Translations under genes and position numbers: made by a program | NCBI RefSeq assembly: GCF_004010195.1 | Contig: NC_057749.1 | Span: 8,511,423-8,575,422 of the forward strand | DNA length: 64,000 bases | Origin: Chiloscyllium plagiosum | Lineage: Eukaryota | Direction of reading: 5' to 3' | In this document: positions 60,250 to 64,000 of the stretch, piece after piece | How the letters are laid out: each line of letters starts with the position of its first letter | Numbering within the stretch: position 1 is the stretch's first letter | Notes under the pieces: generated by a model | What the model was told of the DNA's origin: nothing | The model's database searches: none | Seen by the model: only the letters and a program-made list of their open reading frames with translations

Positions 60250-60745
60250 TCAGAAAGATATTGTTAAACTTGAGAGAGTGCACAAAAGATTTTACAAGGG
60301 CGTTGCCAGCATTGGAGGATTTGAGCTACAGGAAGAGACTGAACAGGCTGGGGCTTTTTTCCCTAGAGTGTCAGAATCTGAGAGGTGACCTTATGGAGGT
60401 TTATAAAATCATGAGGGGCATGGATAGGGTGACTGGTCAGGCCTTTTTCCTAGGTTGGGGGTCTCCAAAACTAGAGGGCATAGTTTAAGGTAACAGGGAA
60501 AGATTTAAAAAGGACCTTTAGGGGCAACATTTCATGCAGAGGGTGGTGCATGTATGGAATGAGCTGCCAGAGGAAGTAGTGGAGACTGATACTATTACAA
60601 CATTTAAAAGGTATCTGGATGGGTATATGAATAGGAAGGGTTTGGGAGATACAGGCCAAGTGCTGACAAATGAGACTAGGTCAGAAAGGGATGTCTGGTT
60701 GGTGCAGACGAGTTGAACTGAAGACCCTGTTTCCGTGCTGTATAA
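60250..60745 (+). mobile_element. CR1 3' fragment
   Basis: LEDLSYRKRLNRLGLFSLE...LRGDLMEVYKIMRGMD; QRVVHVWNELPEEVVE. Confidence 0.85.
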
Positions 60746-60989
60746 TTCTCACTTGGTACATAGGTTACTAAGGCTTGAATTCAAAATTTCCATCTTTAGT
60801 TTCAAATTCTCCATGTCTCACACTTTGAACTTCGTAACTTCCTTTAGCCCTTAAACTCTTTGAGATGCCCATATTCTTCCAATCCTGACCTCTTATCCAT
60901 TCCCAGTTTCTTTCTTTCCAAAGGTGTTAGCCATGCCATTGGCTTCTTGAGCCCTACGCTTACAAATTCACTCTCTAGACCACTCCATA

Positions 60990-61600
60990 AAGGAACACTT
61001 AGGTTTAACTGGCAGATTCAAATTTGCAGTTGGAAATCAATCCCAAGCTTATCTGAATACTCATCCTTCACAGAACTCAGTTTCTGCACCAATTTCTTTT
61101 TCCCCACTTGCTCATGATTGGTCACCCTCTTAGATTTTAATATCTCCCTTTCTTCCATCAGTTCCTTCTCAAAACCAATTGCTTTCATCAAACCTACCCT
61201 AATATGTGGCTCCATGATAAACTTTGCACAAATATTGTTCCTGTCAATTTTGCTACATTTGCAGTGCTATATAAATGTAAATTGTTGTTGTAGTATGGCA
61301 TCAGGGAGCCTTGCCCAGGGCTATTAATTGCTGTACAGAGTAAGAGACAAAGACACATGTGAGTGTAACATAGTCTCTTCACACACAGTTAATGAAGCAC
61401 AGTTTGTAAAGAATGGTACCAGTGGCCAGACACAGGAGGGGATGGACTAAGTCAAGGGTTAAAATCGAGACAGTGGCCAATGTTGAACAAGTAGATAAAT
61501 CCATACAGTAACTGAGCTCTGTAAAGTTTGAGTATCCAGATAAGCTTGGGATCAATTTTCAACTGCAACCTTGAATCTGCGAGTTAAGCTGAAGTTCCTT
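60990..61600. repeat. Spaced inverted repeat (about 95-bp arms, about 420-bp spacer)
   Basis: 60990-61086 is the imperfect reverse complement of 61506-61600 (shared core ATCCCAAGCTTATCTG.ATACTCA). Confidence 0.8.
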
Positions 61601-61616
61601 CACCACTGAACTGCAA

Positions 61617-61760
61617 AGGAGAATATCAGCCCTCAGTATTAACCCCTGAGGTATTCCCTCATCTCAGAGCTGACAGGAGAATATCAGCCCTCAGTATTAA
61701 CCCCTGAGGTATTCCCTCATCTCAGAGCTGACAGGAGAATAGCAGCTCTCAGTATTAACC
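61617..61760. repeat. 58-bp tandem repeat, about 2.5 copies
   Basis: Unit AGGAGAATATCAGCCCTCAGTATTAACCCCTGAGGTATTCCCTCATCTCAGAGCTGAC starts at 61617, 61675 and 61733; the first two copies are identical. Confidence 0.95.
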
Positions 61761-62449
61761 ACATGGATTCTGTTAAAATGCAACAAGAATTTCTTTTTAA
61801 TATCCAACTTCTAGTTTTGACCTTAGAAGTTCTTAATAAGGATCCTTCTCAGAACCAATTCTGATTAAGAACCAATTTCAGGGATGGGAATTGTGAGAAA
61901 ACTTGCTGAATTTGCAGCACATTCACTGCTAATGGAGAGATTCAGTCTTAACTGCATTATACAACAGGGTGTGCAGCAATTTCAAGGCGTTTCCTTCAAT
62001 TCATAGTTTGCATCTTTGGATTCAATCATGACAGTCGAACAAGGGAACTCATATTCAATGCAATGAAAGTCCATTTTCGGGCTGCATTGGTAATACATGC
62101 TTTAAACAGGGTTTCGAATTGTAATGAATGTGCACACATACAAAAGGTACCTGAAATTCCCCAGATATAGTGAGGAGCGAAGGTGAGGAGTGTGAGGTGC
62201 GTTACAAATGTGTAGAGGTTCTTAAAAGCTGAAATCTCAACCAAAACAAATGGCAGCTGAATTCATTGTTAAGCTTTGGACACTGTAGTGCCTGGTCTTT
62301 TGACACCATTTGCATTGCCATTACAGTAGAATAACAACATTGACTGTGGGGATTTAAATTTGAAAATAAAACAGTTCTTAGCATCAATGCCCCATTGCTG
62401 ATTCAATTACTGAGAGTGTGGTCTTGCTCCAGTCAATATGAGCCAAGCA

Positions 62450-62985
62450 AGTGGAACAAACGGAATATAAAAAACGCTGGAGACCACTGCAGGTCAGGCA
62501 GCATCCATGGAGAGACAGCAAGCTAATGTTTCGAATCCAGATGTCTCTTCATCAGAGCTGATATGAAGTGTGGAGGGGGCAACATTGTGTGGGGTGGTGG
62601 GTGTTGGAGGGCTGAGGGGAGAAAAGATGTTGATATTCAGATTAAGTGATTGGAATGCAAAAATGGCAGAACAATGGTGTGTCAGACTGGAAAGAACAGA
62701 CAGTCCCATTGGGGTCGGTAGGGTGGGGAGGTGGGGGAACATGGTGACAGAGAATGTAAAGCAAAAAGAAGGGGAAGGAATGGTTTCACAATCTGAAGGT
62801 GTTGAGTTCAATATTGAGTCCAGGAGTTTGTAAAGTGCCGAGTTTGAAGATGAGATGTTGCTCCTCCAGTTTGTGCTGTGATTCCATGGAACACTATGGC
62901 ATGAGGACAGACATGTGGCATACAAGCAGGATGCTGTGTTAAAATGACCGGATACGGGAAGGTCAGGGTCATGCTTGCACATGGA
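62450..62985 (-). mobile_element. Old Penelope 3' fragment with family D hammerhead motif
   Basis: DPDLPVSGHFN and LEEQHLIFKLGTL...GLNIEFN frames; minus strand AGCT CTGATGA A GAGAC ATCTG GATTC GAAA CATT AGCT at 62559-62521. Confidence 0.78.
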
Positions 62986-63557
62986 ATGGATATATTCTCC
63001 AATTGGAACTAACTGTCAGTTCTCAAACGATGTAGAATAACCCTCCAAGCTTCTGGACACATTACACATGGTTTCGAGGGGAAACAACAGAGAACGTAAT
63101 CTTGGAGTTAGAAATAGTAAATAGTCACTTTCAAGGTCCATGGAAAATAAAGACTTGCATTTCTAAAGTGTCTTTCATGACCCTAGGTCACCTTAAAGTA
63201 TTTTACACCCAATAAAGTACTTATGAAATTCCGTCTCTATTGTCACATAGGATGGTTCTTGTAATTGTGTGTACATAAATATTTTTAATGAATGCAATAT
63301 AGTTTTGTAATTTAAAAGTATGATTCTTGTAATATTATCCTGGTAATGGTGAGTTCAACATGCGCTTTTCCATGCATGTTGCTATCTGGAATTATGATTA
63401 GTGACAGTAGAGGCTCCAATCTTCTTTTCATTGCATTGGTTGACCTGGGGTCAGTCTTGCTATTATCTCTTGCTGTTTGGGTATGTCGACAAAGATTCGC
63501 AGGCTGACATTTTTTGTCCGGCTGCATTATGAATGCACCTTCCTTGGCAATCAAGCC

Positions 63558-63845
63558 AGGCGGTACGGTGGATCAGTGGTTCGATTCCAGCCTTGGGCGA
63601 CTGTCAGTGTAGAGTTTGCACGTACTTTGTGGGCTTCCATTGGGTGCTCTGGTTTCCTCCCACACCGAAAAAATTGGATGCTAAAATTGTCTGTAGTGTG
63701 TAAACTCGTCATGATGGATTAGTCATGGTAAATATGGGGCTATGGGGATATGGTGGAGGGCTGGGTCTGGGTTGGATACTCTTGGGAAGATCCATGCAGA
63801 CTTTATGGGCTGAATGGATTCCTTCTGCACTGTAGGGATTGTATG
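63558..63845 (+). mobile_element. Degenerate HE1/V-SINE
   Basis: GGCGGTACGGTGGATCAGTGGTTCGATTCCAGCC...GAGTTTGCAC...GGTTTCCTCCCAC. Confidence 0.7.
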
Positions 63846-64000
63846 ATCAGTCAGAGACTTGAGGATGCAGTGGTGCACAAACGGATGCAGATAAAATCGC
63901 AGAAAACAGAAGGGGAACCTTCAGCCCATTAAGGATATGCTGGTTCTGTTTTAGATTAGATTAGATTACTTAGTGTGGAAACAGGCCCTTCGGCCCAACA

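Noticed and set aside
61617..61760. CRISPR-like repeat array
   Set aside because: Units are contiguous and identical with no unique spacers; vertebrate context.
61960..62170. Open frame of about 70 codons in unique sequence
   Set aside because: No recognisable similarity or convincing splice-site pair; compatible with chance.

Overview
Repeat-dense vertebrate genomic DNA, inferred to be from a cartilaginous fish (shark) because of its HE1/V-SINE, SacSINE1/Deu-SINE and HER1-like CR1 content. Only one protein-coding gene is supported: COX5A on the minus strand. It has four coding exons (35831-35732, 28988-28872, 27602-27481, 20852-20739; 453 nt, 150 aa), a non-coding terminal exon near 18563-18415, and a CpG-island promoter with NRF1, CRE and YY1 motifs. 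The rest is decayed retroelement sequence (L1, Tx1, CR1, Rex1, Penelope, a solo LTR, SINEs) plus a MITE. The most interesting unexplained structure is at least four distinct families of minimal hammerhead-ribozyme motifs (CUGANGA - extra nt - stem II - GAAA - palindromic mini stem III - UH). They sit at the ends of Penelope elements and of short Penelope-derived insertions, many arranged as fold-back inverted repeats with 9-16 bp target-site duplications, and several lie inside COX5A introns. All motif and repeat calls were read by eye, and repeat boundaries are approximate.
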